The notes under the pieces were generated by a model. The model ran no database searches. It saw only the letters and a list, made by a program, of their open reading frames with translations, and was not told the origin of the DNA. Positions 28,851 to 39,765 of a stretch of DNA of 64,000 nucleotides are shown piece after piece; position 1 is the first letter of the stretch; each line of letters starts with the position of its first letter. The stretch lies in assembly GCA_965237415.1 (NCBI GenBank), contig CBDEFM010000002.1, forward strand, positions 128,001 through 192,000, written 5' to 3'. A program made the translations under genes and the position numbers. The DNA comes from Alphaproteobacteria bacterium (lineage in GTDB: Bacteria > Pseudomonadota > Alphaproteobacteria > UBA828).

Positions 28851-29714
28851 TCAACCCACCGGCGCAGGCGGTGCCGGCGGCGACTCGGGCTCGCCGCCGA
28901 GCTCGCGCAGGATGGTGCAGAGCTCGTCGCCGGCTTGCGCGATCTCGTCCTCGTCGGTGCCGCGTAACACCAGGGTCGTCCCGAAGTTGCCGTCGCGCAC
29001 GAAGGGGTAGCTGCCGATCTCCAGCGCGGGGTAGCGCTCCTACCCCGAACGCACGTCCATAACCTTCGAGCCCGGCGGCCACGTCGCCCTCGCCCAGCAG
29101 GACGGAAATCTCGCGCGACTTGACCGTGCGTCCGCCCTTCAGCGTCGGCGCCACGTCGCCCTCGCCCAGCAGGACGGAAATCTCGCGCGACTTGACCGTG
29201 CGTCCGCCCTTCAGCTCGGCGCCACGCTCTCGAACATCGCGCGCATCACCGCCGGGATGCCGGCGAGCACATGCACGTTCTCGACCCGGAAGCCCGGCGC
29301 CCGGCTCACCGGGTTCTCGATGAGCGTCGCGCCCTCGGGCGTGTGCGCCATCCGCATCCGCGCCTCGTTCAGCTCGCGCCCGGTGTCCTTGTAGAAATCC
29401 TCGAGGATGCGCTTCGCCTCCGGATTGATGCGGTAGGGCAGGTTGAAGGCCCGCGCGACCGCCTCGCAGGTGATGTCGTCGTGGGTGGGGCCGATGCCGC
29501 CGGTGGTGAAGACGTAGTCGTGGGCCGCCCGCAGCGTGTTGACCGCCGCGATGATCGCGCGCTCCTCGTCTCGCACCATGCGGACCTCGGCGAGCTGGAT
29601 GCCGAGCGCTGTGAGCTGGCGGGCGAGATAGGCGACGTTCACGTCCTTGGTGCGGCCCGAGAGAATCTCGTTGCCGATGACGACCAGGGCAGCGGTGACG
29701 GTGGCTTCCGACAT
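28851..29714 (-). pseudogene. CinA-like molybdopterin-binding protein, disrupted 3' third
   Basis: VIGNEILSGRTKD, TTGGIGPTHDDIT intact; then a 1-bp deletion near 29216, a 72-bp tandem duplication (about 29077-29215) and a foreign patch near 29041-29065; C-terminal RYPALEIGSYPF lies in another frame. Confidence 0.8.
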
Positions 29715-29847
29715 GACGTTGATGCTCGCTGGTGCGTGCGGATGCCGCGGGGCGGCGCAGAGCATAGAGCGGCGCGCCCGTAGCGGCCATGGCCCGAGCG
29801 CGCCGTGCCACTTGAGCCGAGGGCGCTGCGGGGCATAAGAGATGCCC

Positions 29848-30552
29848 ATGCGCTTCCCCCTCCCGCTCCGCCGGGCGACCCTGCTCACGCGCTACAAGCG
29901 CTTCCTGAGCGATCACCGCTTCGAGGACGGCAGCACCGTCACCGCCCATGTCGCCAATCCCGGTGCGATGACGGGGCTAATCGACGAGGGCCTCGAAACC
30001 TGGCTCTCGCCCGCCGCGAACCCCAAGCGGAAGCTCCCCTTCAGCTGGGAGATGGTGCGAATCGGACAAGGCCTGGTGGGCGTCAACACCGGGTGGCCGA
30101 ACCGACTCGCCGCCGAGGCGATCGAGGCCGGCGCGATCCCGCCGCTCGCCGGCTACGACACGATCCGCCGCGAGGTCGCTTACGGCACGCGCTCGCGCGT
30201 GGATTTTTTGCTCGAAGCGGAGGACCGGCCGCCCTGCTATGTCGAGGTCAAGAACGTCCACCTGAAGCGCGGCCCGGCCGCCGAGTTCCCCGACAGCGTG
30301 ACCGCGCGCGGGACGAAGCATCTTCGCGAGCTTGCGGCGGTTGCCCAAGGCGGCGCCCGCGCGGTGATGCTCTACATCGTGCAGCGCGAGGACTGCGACA
30401 GCTTCTCCCTCGCCGCCGACATCGACCCGGCCTATGCCGCGGCGTTCGCCGAAGCACGCGCGAGCGGCGTGGAGGCGCTCGCCTACGCCTGCCGGCTCAG
30501 CACGGAGGGCATCGCCGTGGACCGCCCGCTCCGCTTCGCCGAACCGGCTTAG
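29848..30552 (+). CDS. sfsA: DNA/RNA nuclease SfsA
   Basis: RYKRFLSD, HVANPGAMTG, SRVDFLL, EVKNV, FPDSVTARG.KHL. Confidence 0.95.
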   Translation: MRFPLPLRRATLLTRYKRFLSDHRFEDGSTVTAHVANPGAMTGLIDEGLETWLSPAANPKRKLPFSWEMVRIGQGLVGVNTGWPNRLAAEAIEAGAIPPLAGYDTIRREVAYGTRSRVDFLLEAEDRPPCYVEVKNVHLKRGPAAEFPDSVTARGTKHLRELAAVAQGGARAVMLYIVQREDCDSFSLAADIDPAYAAAFAEARASGVEALAYACRLSTEGIAVDRPLRFAEPA

Positions 30553-30641
30553 CCAGCGATCCTTTGGAACGCGCGCCGATAGAAGCTAGATTGCGGCCGG
30601 CGGGCGCGCCCGCCACGCATAGCGAGCAAGCGAGGCCAGCC

Positions 30642-31493
30642 GTGTCCACGTCGGGAGGCGCCGCGCCGCAGCACCTCTCCGGCGCTGCGAGCGGCGCGCA
30701 AGTCATCGAGCGGAGCGTCAAGACCCACGGGCCCAAGGAGTTCGAGGCGATGCGCAAGGCCGGGCGGCTTGCGGCAGAGGTGCTCGATGCGCTGACGCCT
30801 ATGGTCGAGCCCGGTGTCGCCACCGACGCCCTCGACACATTCTGCCACGACTACATCGTGGATCACGGCGCGGTGCCGGCCCCGCTCGGCTACCGCGGCT
30901 ACCCGAAATCCATCTGCACCTCGGTCAATCACGTCGTCTGCCACGGCATCCCCGGCGACAAGCGGCTCCAAAAAGGCGACATCGTGAATATCGACGTGAC
31001 CGTGATCCTCGACGGCTGGCACGGGGACACGAGCCGCATGTTCTATGTCGGCCAGCCGAGCGTGAAGGCGCGCCGGCTCGTCGACATCACCTACGAGGCC
31101 ACGATGCGCGGCATCGCCGAGGTGAGGCCCGGCGCCCGGCTCGGCGACATCGGCCACGCGATCCAGAGCTATGCCGAGGGCGAGCGTTGCACCGTGGTGC
31201 GCGATTTCTGCGGTCACGGCATCGGGCGGGTCTTCCACGACGCGCCGAACGTGCTGCACTACGGCGAGCCCGGCACCGGCCCTGAGCTTCGGCCCGGCAT
31301 GTTCTTCACGGTGGAGCCGATGATCAATCTCGGCGGCTGGCAGGTGAAGCTGCTCCGCGACGGCTGGACCGCCGTGACCAAGGACCGCTCGCTCTCTGCC
31401 CAATTCGAGCACACGATCGGCGTCACCGAGGACGGTCACGAGATCTTCACGCTCTCGCCGCTCGGTCACACCAAGCCGCCCTACGATTGCTGA
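30642..31493 (+). CDS. map: type I methionine aminopeptidase
   Basis: CTSVNHVVCHGIP, DVT..DG.HGD, GHGIG, EPMIN, SAQFEHT. Start approximate. Confidence 0.95.
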   Translation: MSTSGGAAPQHLSGAASGAQVIERSVKTHGPKEFEAMRKAGRLAAEVLDALTPMVEPGVATDALDTFCHDYIVDHGAVPAPLGYRGYPKSICTSVNHVVCHGIPGDKRLQKGDIVNIDVTVILDGWHGDTSRMFYVGQPSVKARRLVDITYEATMRGIAEVRPGARLGDIGHAIQSYAEGERCTVVRDFCGHGIGRVFHDAPNVLHYGEPGTGPELRPGMFFTVEPMINLGGWQVKLLRDGWTAVTKDRSLSAQFEHTIGVTEDGHEIFTLSPLGHTKPPYDC

Positions 31494-32182
31494 CGGTGGC
31501 GGAGAAGCCCCACTTTCACGGCCACCGCGAGCGGCTGCGCCAGCGCTTCGACAAGACGGGCGCGGACGGTCTGCCCGATTACGAACTGCTGGAACTGCTG
31601 CTCTGCCAGGCGCTCCCCAGACGCGACGTCAAGCCGCTGGCCAAGCGGCTGGTCGAGCGCTTCGGCACCATCGGCGGCGTGCTCGGTGCAGAGAAGGAGG
31701 CGCTGAGGGAGGTCGACGGCGTGGGCGATGGGGTGATCCACACCCTCAAGCTCGTCGAGGCGCTCGGCGTGCGCACGCTGCGGGAGGCGGTGATGGGCCG
31801 CCCGGTCATCGGCACGTGGCAGGCGGTGCTGGATTATTGCTCGGCGCGCCTCGCCCACCAGAAGACCGAGCACTTTCGCGTGCTCTATCTCGACAACCAC
31901 AACGCGCTGATCGCCGATGAGGAGCAGCAGCACGGCACGGTCGATCATGTGGTGCTCTATCCGCGCGAGGTGATCAAGCGCGCGCTCGAGCATGGCGCGA
32001 GCGCCGTCATCCTGGTGCACAACCACCCCTCGGGCGACCCCAGCCCGTCGCGCGCCGATATCGAGCTCACCAGGGAGGTCGCGAAGGCCGGCGCCACGCT
32101 CGGCGTGACCGTCCACGATCATCTGGTGATCGGCCGCTCCCGCCACGTCTCGTTCAGGGACGCGGGCCTGCTGCAGGACTGA
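31487..32182 (+). CDS. radC: RadC (JAB domain) protein
   Basis: GHRERLR, DYELLE, HNHPSGDPSPSRAD, DHLVIG. Confidence 0.95.
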   Translation: MLTVAEKPHFHGHRERLRQRFDKTGADGLPDYELLELLLCQALPRRDVKPLAKRLVERFGTIGGVLGAEKEALREVDGVGDGVIHTLKLVEALGVRTLREAVMGRPVIGTWQAVLDYCSARLAHQKTEHFRVLYLDNHNALIADEEQQHGTVDHVVLYPREVIKRALEHGASAVILVHNHPSGDPSPSRADIELTREVAKAGATLGVTVHDHLVIGRSRHVSFRDAGLLQD

Positions 32183-32217
32183 GGCCGTCGCCCCCTAATA
32201 GGGCGATGGGGACTGAG

Positions 32218-33171
32218 TTACTGCGAGCCCGTCCCGAACGCGTGGCGCAGCGCGGCGCAGGCGGCGGCCTGCGCCTCGGCAGCCGCGTCGAACCGCCCGG
32301 TGGCGGTCCAGAAGCCGTGGATGTGGCCCTCGTAGTTGCGGTGGTCGGTGGGCACACCCGCGGCCTTCAGCTTCTCCGCATAGTCGCGCCCCTCGTCGAA
32401 GAGGGGGTCGTGGCTCGCGGTCATCACCATCGCCGGCGGCAGGCCGCTCAGATCGTCGGCGCGGATCGGCGCGGCGCGCACGTCCGCGCGTTCGGAGTCG
32501 TCGTTGAAGTAGCAATCGAAGAACCAGGCCATGGCTTCGGCGGTCAGCACATAGCCCTCGCCGAAGGTCTTGTAGGACTCGCGCCCTTCGTCCGTGTCGG
32601 TAACGGGATAGACAAGGAGCTGGAAGACCAGCGGCGGCCCGCCCTCTTGCTTCGCCCGCTGCGCCGTGACGGCGGCGAGGCAGCCGCCGGCGGAATCGCC
32701 GCCGACCGCGATGCGCGCCGGGTCGCCGCCGATCTCGGCGCAGTTCTCGGCCACCCAGCAGAGCGACGCCCAGACGTCGTCCGTGGGCTTGGGAAACTTG
32801 TTCTCCGGCGCCTTGCAGTAGTTGACGCCGACGACGATGCAGCCGGCCCCCTGGCAGAGCGCGCGGCAGACACCGTCGTGGGTGTCGATGCTGAGCACCA
32901 CGTAGCCGCTGCCGTGGAAGTTGACGTAGACCGGCAGCGGCTCGGCGGGATCGGCCCCCTCGGGCCAGTAGAGGCGGACGCGGATCGGCCCGTTGGGGCC
33001 TGGAATGTCGCGGTCCTCGACGCGCCCGACGGCGACGCCCGGCGCCTGCATGCTCATGACCAGATCGTGGAAGCCCTCCCGCACCTCGGCGAGCGGGCGT
33101 TCCTTGATCGGCGGCACCTCGATCGCGTTGAACTCGTCGCAGAACGCCTGAACCTGCGGATGCAGAGCCAT
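32218..33171 (-). CDS. alpha/beta hydrolase, HSL-family esterase
   Basis: HGSG oxyanion loop, GDSAGG, DPLFDEG, HGF. Confidence 0.9.
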   Translation of the reverse strand: MALHPQVQAFCDEFNAIEVPPIKERPLAEVREGFHDLVMSMQAPGVAVGRVEDRDIPGPNGPIRVRLYWPEGADPAEPLPVYVNFHGSGYVVLSIDTHDGVCRALCQGAGCIVVGVNYCKAPENKFPKPTDDVWASLCWVAENCAEIGGDPARIAVGGDSAGGCLAAVTAQRAKQEGGPPLVFQLLVYPVTDTDEGRESYKTFGEGYVLTAEAMAWFFDCYFNDDSERADVRAAPIRADDLSGLPPAMVMTASHDPLFDEGRDYAEKLKAAGVPTDHRNYEGHIHGFWTATGRFDAAAEAQAAACAALRHAFGTGSQ

Positions 33172-33377
33172 GATGATCCCTCGCGCGTGCTGGTCTGGCC
33201 GTGGTGCATCTTAACCCGGAATTCCCACCTCGGTCATGGCCTGTGCCGCGGAATCGCGCGAAGCATTCGTCTCGTGTACGATCCGGTCGTCTCTGCCGGC
33301 GGCGCACGGCGCCCGTGCAGCGGACAACGCGCGCTCCAATGGGACAATTCGATGCGCGCAGCGATGAGGTCGGTCAC

Positions 33378-33836
33378 ATGCAAATGACGAAGTACAGCGA
33401 CTATTCATTGAGGGCTCTCATTTATCTGGGCCTCAACCGGCACCGGCGCTGCACGATCCGGGAAATCGCCGATGCCTACGGCATTTCCGAGAACCACCTG
33501 ATGAAGCTGATCCATCAGCTCGGTCAGGAGGGATTCATCAGGACGATCCGGGGCAAGAACGGCGGCCTGGAACTCGCGATGCCGGCGAGCGAGATCAATC
33601 TGGGCGAGGTCTTCCGCGCCACCGAAGGGAATTGTCAGCTGGTCGAGTGCTTCGCAGGACGGGAGAAGAACACGTGCCCGATCGCCGGACCGTGCCGCTT
33701 GACCGGCGTTTTGGAGACGGCCCTGCAGGCCTTCCTCGAGGTGCTGGATCAATACACGCTCGAGGACATGCTGAAGCCGGCGCCGGCATTTCAGCGCATA
33801 TTCGCGGCCAGAGAGGAAGGCAGGTTCCTGTCGTGA
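33378..33836 (+). CDS. nsrR: Rrf2-family regulator, NsrR-type NO sensor
   Basis: TKYSDYSLRALIYL, ISENHLMK, RGKNGGL, three Fe-S cysteines VECF...C...C; adjacent to nirK. Confidence 0.8.
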   Translation: MQMTKYSDYSLRALIYLGLNRHRRCTIREIADAYGISENHLMKLIHQLGQEGFIRTIRGKNGGLELAMPASEINLGEVFRATEGNCQLVECFAGREKNTCPIAGPCRLTGVLETALQAFLEVLDQYTLEDMLKPAPAFQRIFAAREEGRFLS

Positions 33837-33929
33837 CGGACGGGGCTTCACCGAACAGCCGCCGCCGGAGGTCTTGCGAACGACGCTCGGCATGTCGCTC
33901 CTGTGCCCGCCCCTCCCATCGCGATGGGC

Positions 33930-33968
33930 AAAAAATGGGCTGCTCCCGGAAGTCTGGGAGCAGCCCGT
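33930..33968 (-). terminator. rho-independent terminator after nirK
   Basis: Minus strand ACGGGCTGCTCCCAGA-CT-TCCGGGAGCAGCCCA-TTTTTT. Confidence 0.85.
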
Positions 33969-33981
33969 GTGACTCGACGGC

Positions 33982-35091
33982 CTAGGCCGTCATCATGGTC
34001 GGCGGCTGGACCTGCGTCATCAGGTCGTGGTCCCATTCGCCCTGCACGCTGACAATGGCCAGCGCGCCCAACTGGACGGCCTCGATCAGGTTGTGCGACA
34101 GATACACATAGACACCCGACTGCCGGAAGGTATAGAGCGCCGCCCCGGCGGAGCCGCCGCGGATGAACCAGGTCTGGAGCCCTTCCGCCGGCGGGTCGGC
34201 GAAGGAGCCCTGTTCCCAGACATAGTCGCCGTGGCCGCCGATCAGGTGCGGCCTGGAATCGCGGTTGGCCTGGGAATGGATGAACAGCACGGACTCGCCG
34301 ACGTTGGCCGTCATCGCATTGTCGCCGGTGAGCGCGCCGACCTTGCCGTTGAACACCACGTGGGTCGGCGTCAGCGTCTGCATGACGTCGAACATGTCGG
34401 CCATGCCATCGGTATGGTCGGCGTAATCCATGAAATCGCCATCGGCATCGCGGGGCACGTAATAGTCCTGCTCACCGATATAGTAGGCCCGGTCGTAGCG
34501 GAGCGGGTTGCCGTGGCGGTCCTTGAGCCCGTCTCTCGGCAGCACCATGACGGCGCCGTTCATGCCGGAGACGACGTGGAAGGGGATCATCGAGCCGCCC
34601 GGCGCGCAGTGATAGATGTAGGTGCCCGGCTTGGTCGCCTTATAGCGCAGCTTGACCTGCTCGCCTGGCGAGATGAGCGTGAGGCCGCCGCCGCCGAGCG
34701 AGCCGGTCGACGCATGGAAGTCGATATTGTGCTCGAAGACGTTGCTCGCCGGGTTCTTGAGCGTGAGCTCGATGTAGTCGCCCACGTGGCAGATCATCAG
34801 CGGCCCCGGGATCCAGCCGTTGAACGACAGCGTGTTGAGCATGGTGCCGTCGTCGTCGATCTCCCGCCTGTCCTCGGTGGAGGTGAGCTCCACCTCGATG
34901 ATCTTCGGGCCGCCCGTGGCGACCTGCTCATGCGCCGGGACGTAGGGCGGGGCGACGAGCTCCTGCTTGACCCGCGGGAGGCCGCTCAAGTCCACCTCGC
35001 TGGCCGAGGCCATCATGACGGGGGTCGCGGCCGAGGCAACGCCCAACGCGCCGCCGATCTTCAGAACGTCACGCCTGTTTACATGTAGCAT
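33982..35091 (-). CDS. nirK: copper-containing nitrite reductase with Tat signal
   Basis: NRRDVLK; HNIDFH, YHCAP...FHVVSGM, PHLIGGH, SHNLIEA supply the type-1 and type-2 Cu ligands. Confidence 0.96.
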   Translation of the reverse strand: MLHVNRRDVLKIGGALGVASAATPVMMASASEVDLSGLPRVKQELVAPPYVPAHEQVATGGPKIIEVELTSTEDRREIDDDGTMLNTLSFNGWIPGPLMICHVGDYIELTLKNPASNVFEHNIDFHASTGSLGGGGLTLISPGEQVKLRYKATKPGTYIYHCAPGGSMIPFHVVSGMNGAVMVLPRDGLKDRHGNPLRYDRAYYIGEQDYYVPRDADGDFMDYADHTDGMADMFDVMQTLTPTHVVFNGKVGALTGDNAMTANVGESVLFIHSQANRDSRPHLIGGHGDYVWEQGSFADPPAEGLQTWFIRGGSAGAALYTFRQSGVYVYLSHNLIEAVQLGALAIVSVQGEWDHDLMTQVQPPTMMTA

Positions 35092-35207
35092 GGCTGCATT
35101 CTCCTGATCCGCTGTTAACTCATCGCGTGGAATCGATTCGCCCGAACGCGCATCGGTTCTGCAATCGGCGTACTCGACGATTCACCGAGACGACCCACGG
35201 GCATTAG

Positions 35208-35242
35208 AAGATGTATTCTGAATGAAGGTTCGGGGCCGTCAA
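35208..35242 (-). promoter_or_regulatory. putative nirK promoter (TTGACG-N16-CAGAAT) overlapped by an NsrR-like box
   Basis: AAGATGTATTC-T-GAATGAAGGTT (35208-35230): one good and one degenerate half of the AAGATGYATTT-N-AAATRCATCTT consensus. Confidence 0.55.
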
Positions 35243-35275
35243 GCGGCAACTGGAATGCGCGGGCCGACATACCTC

Positions 35276-35336
35276 CCGGCAGGCGCCGATATGGCATAGC
35301 GCCGGCAGGCGCCGGGATGGCATAGCGCCGGCAGGC
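35276..35336. repeat. 26-bp tandem repeat x2.3 in the nirK/E1 divergent intergenic region
   Basis: CCGGCAGGCGCCG(AT/GG)ATGGCATAGCG. Confidence 0.9.
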
Positions 35337-35423
35337 ACAGGGGCGGGGCATTGCGCCCGGCCGGTGGCGGGACAACAATGCACCCGCCGGAGCCAAACGG
35401 CACGCACGGGGAGGCGAAGGGCG

Positions 35424-37418
35424 ATGAACGAGAGCGCGAGCAGCAACATCACCGTAGGCGCGGAGACGCTCCGCGATCTCTACGTCACCATGCGCCGCAT
35501 CCGCGCCTTCGAGGACAAGACCGCCGACCTCTTCCAGGAAGGCGTCGTCAAGGGCACGGCCCACAGCTACAAGGGCGAGGAGGCGATCGCCGCCGGCGTC
35601 TGCGCGACGCTGCGCGACGACGACATCATCGCCTCCTATCACCGCGGCCACGGCCACTGCATCGCCAAGGGCGCGCGCATCGACCGCATGATGGCGGAGC
35701 TGATGGGCCGCCAGACCGGCTATTGCCAGGGCCTCGGCGGCTCCATGCACATCGCCGACATGGAGCTCAACATCATGGGCGCGAACGGCATCGTGGGCGC
35801 GGCCATGCCGCTCGCCACCGGCGCCGGCCTCGCCGCCAAGCTGCAAGGGACGGACCAGGTGGCGGTCGCCTTCTTCGGCGACGGCGCGTCCAACCAGGGC
35901 GTCTTCCACGAATCGCTCAACCTGGCGGCGGTGTGGAAGCTGCCGGTGATCTTCGTCTGCGAGAACAACCAGTACGCGCTCTCCACCTCCTATCGGAACA
36001 CCACGGCCGTCTCCCAGGTCTCGAACCGCGCGGCCTCCTACGAGATCCCCGGCATCACCGTGGACGGCAACGACGGCGTCGAGGTCTATCTCGTGCTGCG
36101 CGAGGCGGTGGACCGCGCCCGCGCCGGCGAGGGGCCGACGCTGATCGAGGCGATGACCTACCGCCACGGCCAGCACTCGCTCCGCGTCAACCTGCGGGAC
36201 CCGCGGCCGGAGGACGAGATTCAGTTCTGGATGGATCGCGACCCCATCGCGCGCATGGAGAAGCGCCTCACGACCGAGGGCGGGTTCTCCGCAGAGCAGT
36301 TCGACGAGACCACGCAGGCGGTCGACGAGGAGATCGAGACCGCCGTGACCTTCGGCCGCGAGAGCCCGGAGCCGCAGGTGCAGGTCATGCTCGATGCCGT
36401 CTACGCCCCCCACGCGGCGCACACCGAGCCGGGGCCCGATACCGAGCGCATGCTCTCCTACCCCGAGGCGCTCAACGAGGCGCTGGATCAGGAGATGCTG
36501 CGCGACGACCGGGTCTTCCTCATGGGCGAGGACGTGGGCGCCACCGGCGGCATCTTCGGCGTCTCCAAGGGGCTGATGGAGCGCTACGGGCCGGAGCGCG
36601 TGCGCGACACGCCGATCTCCGAGGCCACCTTCGTCGGCTGCGGCGTCGGCGCAGCCATCGCCGGGATGCGCCCGGTGGTGGAAATCCAGATCTTCGACTT
36701 CGTCGCGCTCACCATGGACATGCTGGTCAACCAGGCGGCCAAGTTCCGCTTCATGCTGGGCGGCAAGCCCACCGTGCCCCTGGTGGTGCGCGGACCGCAA
36801 GGCGGCGGCATCCGCCTCGCGGCCCAGCACAGCCAGAGCCTGGAAGCGTGGTTCACCCACGTGCCGGGGCTGGTGGTGGCGGCGCCCTCGACCCCCTACG
36901 AGGCGAAGGGGCTGCTGGTCGCCGCGATCCGCGACAACAACCCGGTGATCTTCCTGGAGCAGAAGCTGCTCTACCTCGGCGGCACCGGCCCGGTGCCGGA
37001 GGAGCTTTACGCCATCCCCTTGGGCAAGGCCGACATCAAGCGCGAGGGCACCGACGTCACCGTGGTCGCGACGTTGGCCATGGTGCCGCGCGCGCTGAGC
37101 GCCGCCACGGTGCTGGAGCGCGACGGCATCAGCGTCGAGGTCATCGACCCCCGCACCCTGCAGCCGCTGGATGAGGAGACGATCCTCAGCAGCGTGCGCA
37201 AGACCAACCGCCTCCTCATCGTGCACGAGGCCTGGGTGCGCGGCGGCTTCGGCGCCGAGGTCTCGGCCATGGTGGTGGACAAGGCCTTCGACTATCTCGA
37301 CGCCCCTATCGCCCGCCTCGGCGCCCCCCACACGCCGATGCCCTACAACGACCGCCTCGAGCTCGAGGTCATCCCCTCCCAGGAGCGCATCGTGGAGGCG
37401 ATCCGCGGGTTGCTGTAG
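35424..37418 (+). CDS. 2-oxoacid/acetoin dehydrogenase E1 alpha-beta fusion
   Basis: [19 protein letters not shown]...ENNQY TPP motif, followed by a beta domain GEDVG, DTPISE, QHSQS. Confidence 0.92.
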   Translation: MNESASSNITVGAETLRDLYVTMRRIRAFEDKTADLFQEGVVKGTAHSYKGEEAIAAGVCATLRDDDIIASYHRGHGHCIAKGARIDRMMAELMGRQTGYCQGLGGSMHIADMELNIMGANGIVGAAMPLATGAGLAAKLQGTDQVAVAFFGDGASNQGVFHESLNLAAVWKLPVIFVCENNQYALSTSYRNTTAVSQVSNRAASYEIPGITVDGNDGVEVYLVLREAVDRARAGEGPTLIEAMTYRHGQHSLRVNLRDPRPEDEIQFWMDRDPIARMEKRLTTEGGFSAEQFDETTQAVDEEIETAVTFGRESPEPQVQVMLDAVYAPHAAHTEPGPDTERMLSYPEALNEALDQEMLRDDRVFLMGEDVGATGGIFGVSKGLMERYGPERVRDTPISEATFVGCGVGAAIAGMRPVVEIQIFDFVALTMDMLVNQAAKFRFMLGGKPTVPLVVRGPQGGGIRLAAQHSQSLEAWFTHVPGLVVAAPSTPYEAKGLLVAAIRDNNPVIFLEQKLLYLGGTGPVPEELYAIPLGKADIKREGTDVTVVATLAMVPRALSAATVLERDGISVEVIDPRTLQPLDEETILSSVRKTNRLLIVHEAWVRGGFGAEVSAMVVDKAFDYLDAPIARLGAPHTPMPYNDRLELEVIPSQERIVEAIRGLL

Positions 37419-37461
37419 CGCCGCCCCGCCCCTCACCGCGTTCGCGTCCGACGCCCCGTTT

Positions 37462-38170
37462 CGTCATGGCCGGGCATGCCCGGACTCGTTCCGGGCATCC
37501 GGCCATCCGCGGGGCAGCCCGGCAGGATGGAGGGGGACGAACGCGCGGATGCCCTGATCCCCGGCCATTCCCCCCACGCCGTCATGCCCGGACTCGTTCC
37601 GGGCATCTTCTTCCGCCAGGCCCGTCAGAGTGGGCGATCACGTGGATGGCCGGAACTAGTCCGGCCATGACGCGGTGGGGGCGTGGGCGGTCTGAAAACC
37701 ACCCCGAGACGAAAACGGGATTCCGCGAAACATTAATTCTGAAGCGGGATTCGCCGGGATTAAGTGGGATAAGTGGGATTCCACGGGCCAGCCGACCCCA
37801 GGCCTCCTTTGCCGTGGCCCCATGACTCTCCCTTCCCCACATCATGGCGCGATCTTCGCCCAAGCGCCGCGCGCCTTGCACCGCACCTTGGTCCGGGGAA
37901 GTACCGCGTGCCTGCAAGGTCACGCGCGCGGGACAGGAGCGCGGCCCGCCCCCACCTCACCCCGGCCCTCTCCTCCCCCGAGGGGAGGAGAGGGAGAAAA
38001 GGCTGGCGCCGCCCACGTTCCTCCCCCGCCCTCCGGGCCCTAGAGGACGAGCATGGCCCATGCCACCTGCGTCCCCTGTCCGCCCTTCTGCGTTTGAGAA
38101 GAAGAGCAAAGTCGGTGCCGCCTGCGTCCCCCCTCCGCCTTCGGGGGAGGGGGACAGGGGGAGGTGGGTT
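37462..38170. repeat. cluster of REP-like palindromes and dispersed repeats
   Basis: CATGCCCGGACTCGTTCCGGGCATC twice (37475, 37583); GGATGGCCGGAACTAGTCCGGCCATGAC (37644); GGGAT-phased repeat (37736-37787); CCCTCTCC..GGAGAGGG-type hairpins (about 37950, 38126). Confidence 0.85.
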
Positions 38171-38176
38171 GGGCCG

Positions 38177-39496
38177 GTACAGACCGGATAGATAGGTAAC
38201 AGAATGGACCGGATAGATGGGTGACAGGTTATGGCAGGGCCAGGAGGTGGCCGATGCCGTGGAAGGAGACCTGTCGCATGGAGGAGAAGTTGGTTTTTGT
38301 CGCAGACTGTCTGCGTGGCGAGTTGCCGATGACAGCGCTTTGCGAGGACTACGGCATCAGCCGCAAGACGGGCTACAAATGGCTCGGTCGCTATCGCGAG
38401 CACGGCCCGGAGGGCCTGGTGGAGCGCTCTCGTGCGCCGCACCGTCATGGTCGGTCGATGGCGCCGGAGATGGCCGAAGCGATTGTTGCTCTGCGCAGGC
38501 AGCGTCCCCATTGGGGTCCGCGCAAGCTGCGCGCAGTGCTGATGGGAGAGCGCCCCGAGGCGGTGTGGCCTGCGGCCAGCACGATGGGCGATCTGCTGCG
38601 TGCGGAAGGGCTGGTGAGCGCCCGCCGCCGGCGTCGTCGGGTAGCTGCGCCTGGTCGGCCGTTCCGTGCCGTCACCGCACCCAACGATGTGTGGTGCATC
38701 GACTTCAAGGGTTGGTTCCGCACCCGCGACGGCGAACGCTGCGACCCGCTGACCGTCAGCGACGCTTACAGCCGTTTCCTTCTGGCCTGTGTCATCGTCC
38801 CGCCCCGGACCGACACGGTCCGTGTGGCGGTCGAGCAGCTCTTCAAGCGCTACGGCCTGCCTCTGGCCATCCGCTCGGACAACGGGGCACCGTTCGCCGG
38901 AACGGGCGCGGGCGGACTGTCTCGTCTGTCGGTCGGCTGGATCAAGGCCGGCATCGCGTTGGAGCGCATCGAGCCGGGCCAGCCCCAGCAGAACGGACGG
39001 CACGAGCGCATGCATCGGACCTTGAAGGCCGAGACGGCCAAACCGCCGGCCGCGAGTGCGGGCCAGCAGCAGGTCCGCTTCGACCGCTTCCGCCAGGACT
39101 TCAACGACAACCGTCCCCACGAGGCGCTTGGCCAGCAGCCGCCTGCGGCGTTCTACCGGCCCTCGCTGCGGCCTTACCCCGAACGCCTGGACGAGCCCTG
39201 GTACGATGCCTGGCACGCCATGCGCCGGGTGCGCACCGACGGGTCCATCAAGTGGGGCGGCGACCTGGTCTTCATCAGCGAGACGCTGAAGGGCGAACCC
39301 GTCGGCATCGCCGAGACCGACAGCGGCGACTGGATCGTTCGCTTCGCCGACATCGACCTCGGCATCATCGATCGCCGGACGAAAAAACTTCATGGCTTCC
39401 GCGCGGCCCGGCCGGGCCGCGCGGAAGCCAAACAAACGACGAACACTGTTACCCATGTAACCGGTCCATAGCGTTACCTATGCTTCCGGTTGCACA
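38177..39496 (+). mobile_element. IS481-family element
   Basis: Left end GTACAGACCGGATAGATAGGTAAC; right end (rc) TGTGCAACCGGAAGCATAGGTAAC; internal repeats of the end motif; GCCG flanks both sides. Confidence 0.85.
38254..39471 (+). CDS. IS481-family transposase
   Basis: MPWKE, GISRKTGYKWL.RY, WCIDFKG, RSDNG, QQNGRHERMHRTLK (DDE). Confidence 0.93.
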   Translation: MPWKETCRMEEKLVFVADCLRGELPMTALCEDYGISRKTGYKWLGRYREHGPEGLVERSRAPHRHGRSMAPEMAEAIVALRRQRPHWGPRKLRAVLMGERPEAVWPAASTMGDLLRAEGLVSARRRRRRVAAPGRPFRAVTAPNDVWCIDFKGWFRTRDGERCDPLTVSDAYSRFLLACVIVPPRTDTVRVAVEQLFKRYGLPLAIRSDNGAPFAGTGAGGLSRLSVGWIKAGIALERIEPGQPQQNGRHERMHRTLKAETAKPPAASAGQQQVRFDRFRQDFNDNRPHEALGQQPPAAFYRPSLRPYPERLDEPWYDAWHAMRRVRTDGSIKWGGDLVFISETLKGEPVGIAETDSGDWIVRFADIDLGIIDRRTKKLHGFRAARPGRAEAKQTTNTVTHVTGP

Positions 39497-39574
39497 GCCG
39501 CCCCGCGTCCTTGGGCTGCTACGAAGTGACGAAGCCCGAATTACGCGTTTCAGATACCGCCGCCGGACCTCCGC

Positions 39575-39765
39575 TCAGGAATCCGCGCCATGCCCGGCCG
39601 TCAACTCGTGATCGTATTGGGCGGCCTCGGCCGGTGGCTCGGCGCGACTGATCGCCTCAATCTCGGCGTCGGAGAGCTCTTCTACGGCAAGCGCTTGACG
39701 CTGCGGGCGTTTGACGCGCTCATACTCGCTCAATGGGGTAATCACGCGCCGCTTTCTTTCATTCC
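39575..39765 (-). pseudogene. Phd/YefM-type antitoxin remnant (5' truncated)
   Basis: SEYERVKRPQRQALAVEELSDAEIEAISRAEPPAEAAQYDHEL resembles the C-terminus of alphaproteobacterial Phd antitoxins; recognised from memory only. Confidence 0.55.

Noticed and set aside
31487-32182. radC JAB domain as part of a defence or mobile system
   Set aside because: Full-length housekeeping radC in the usual sfsA-map-radC context.
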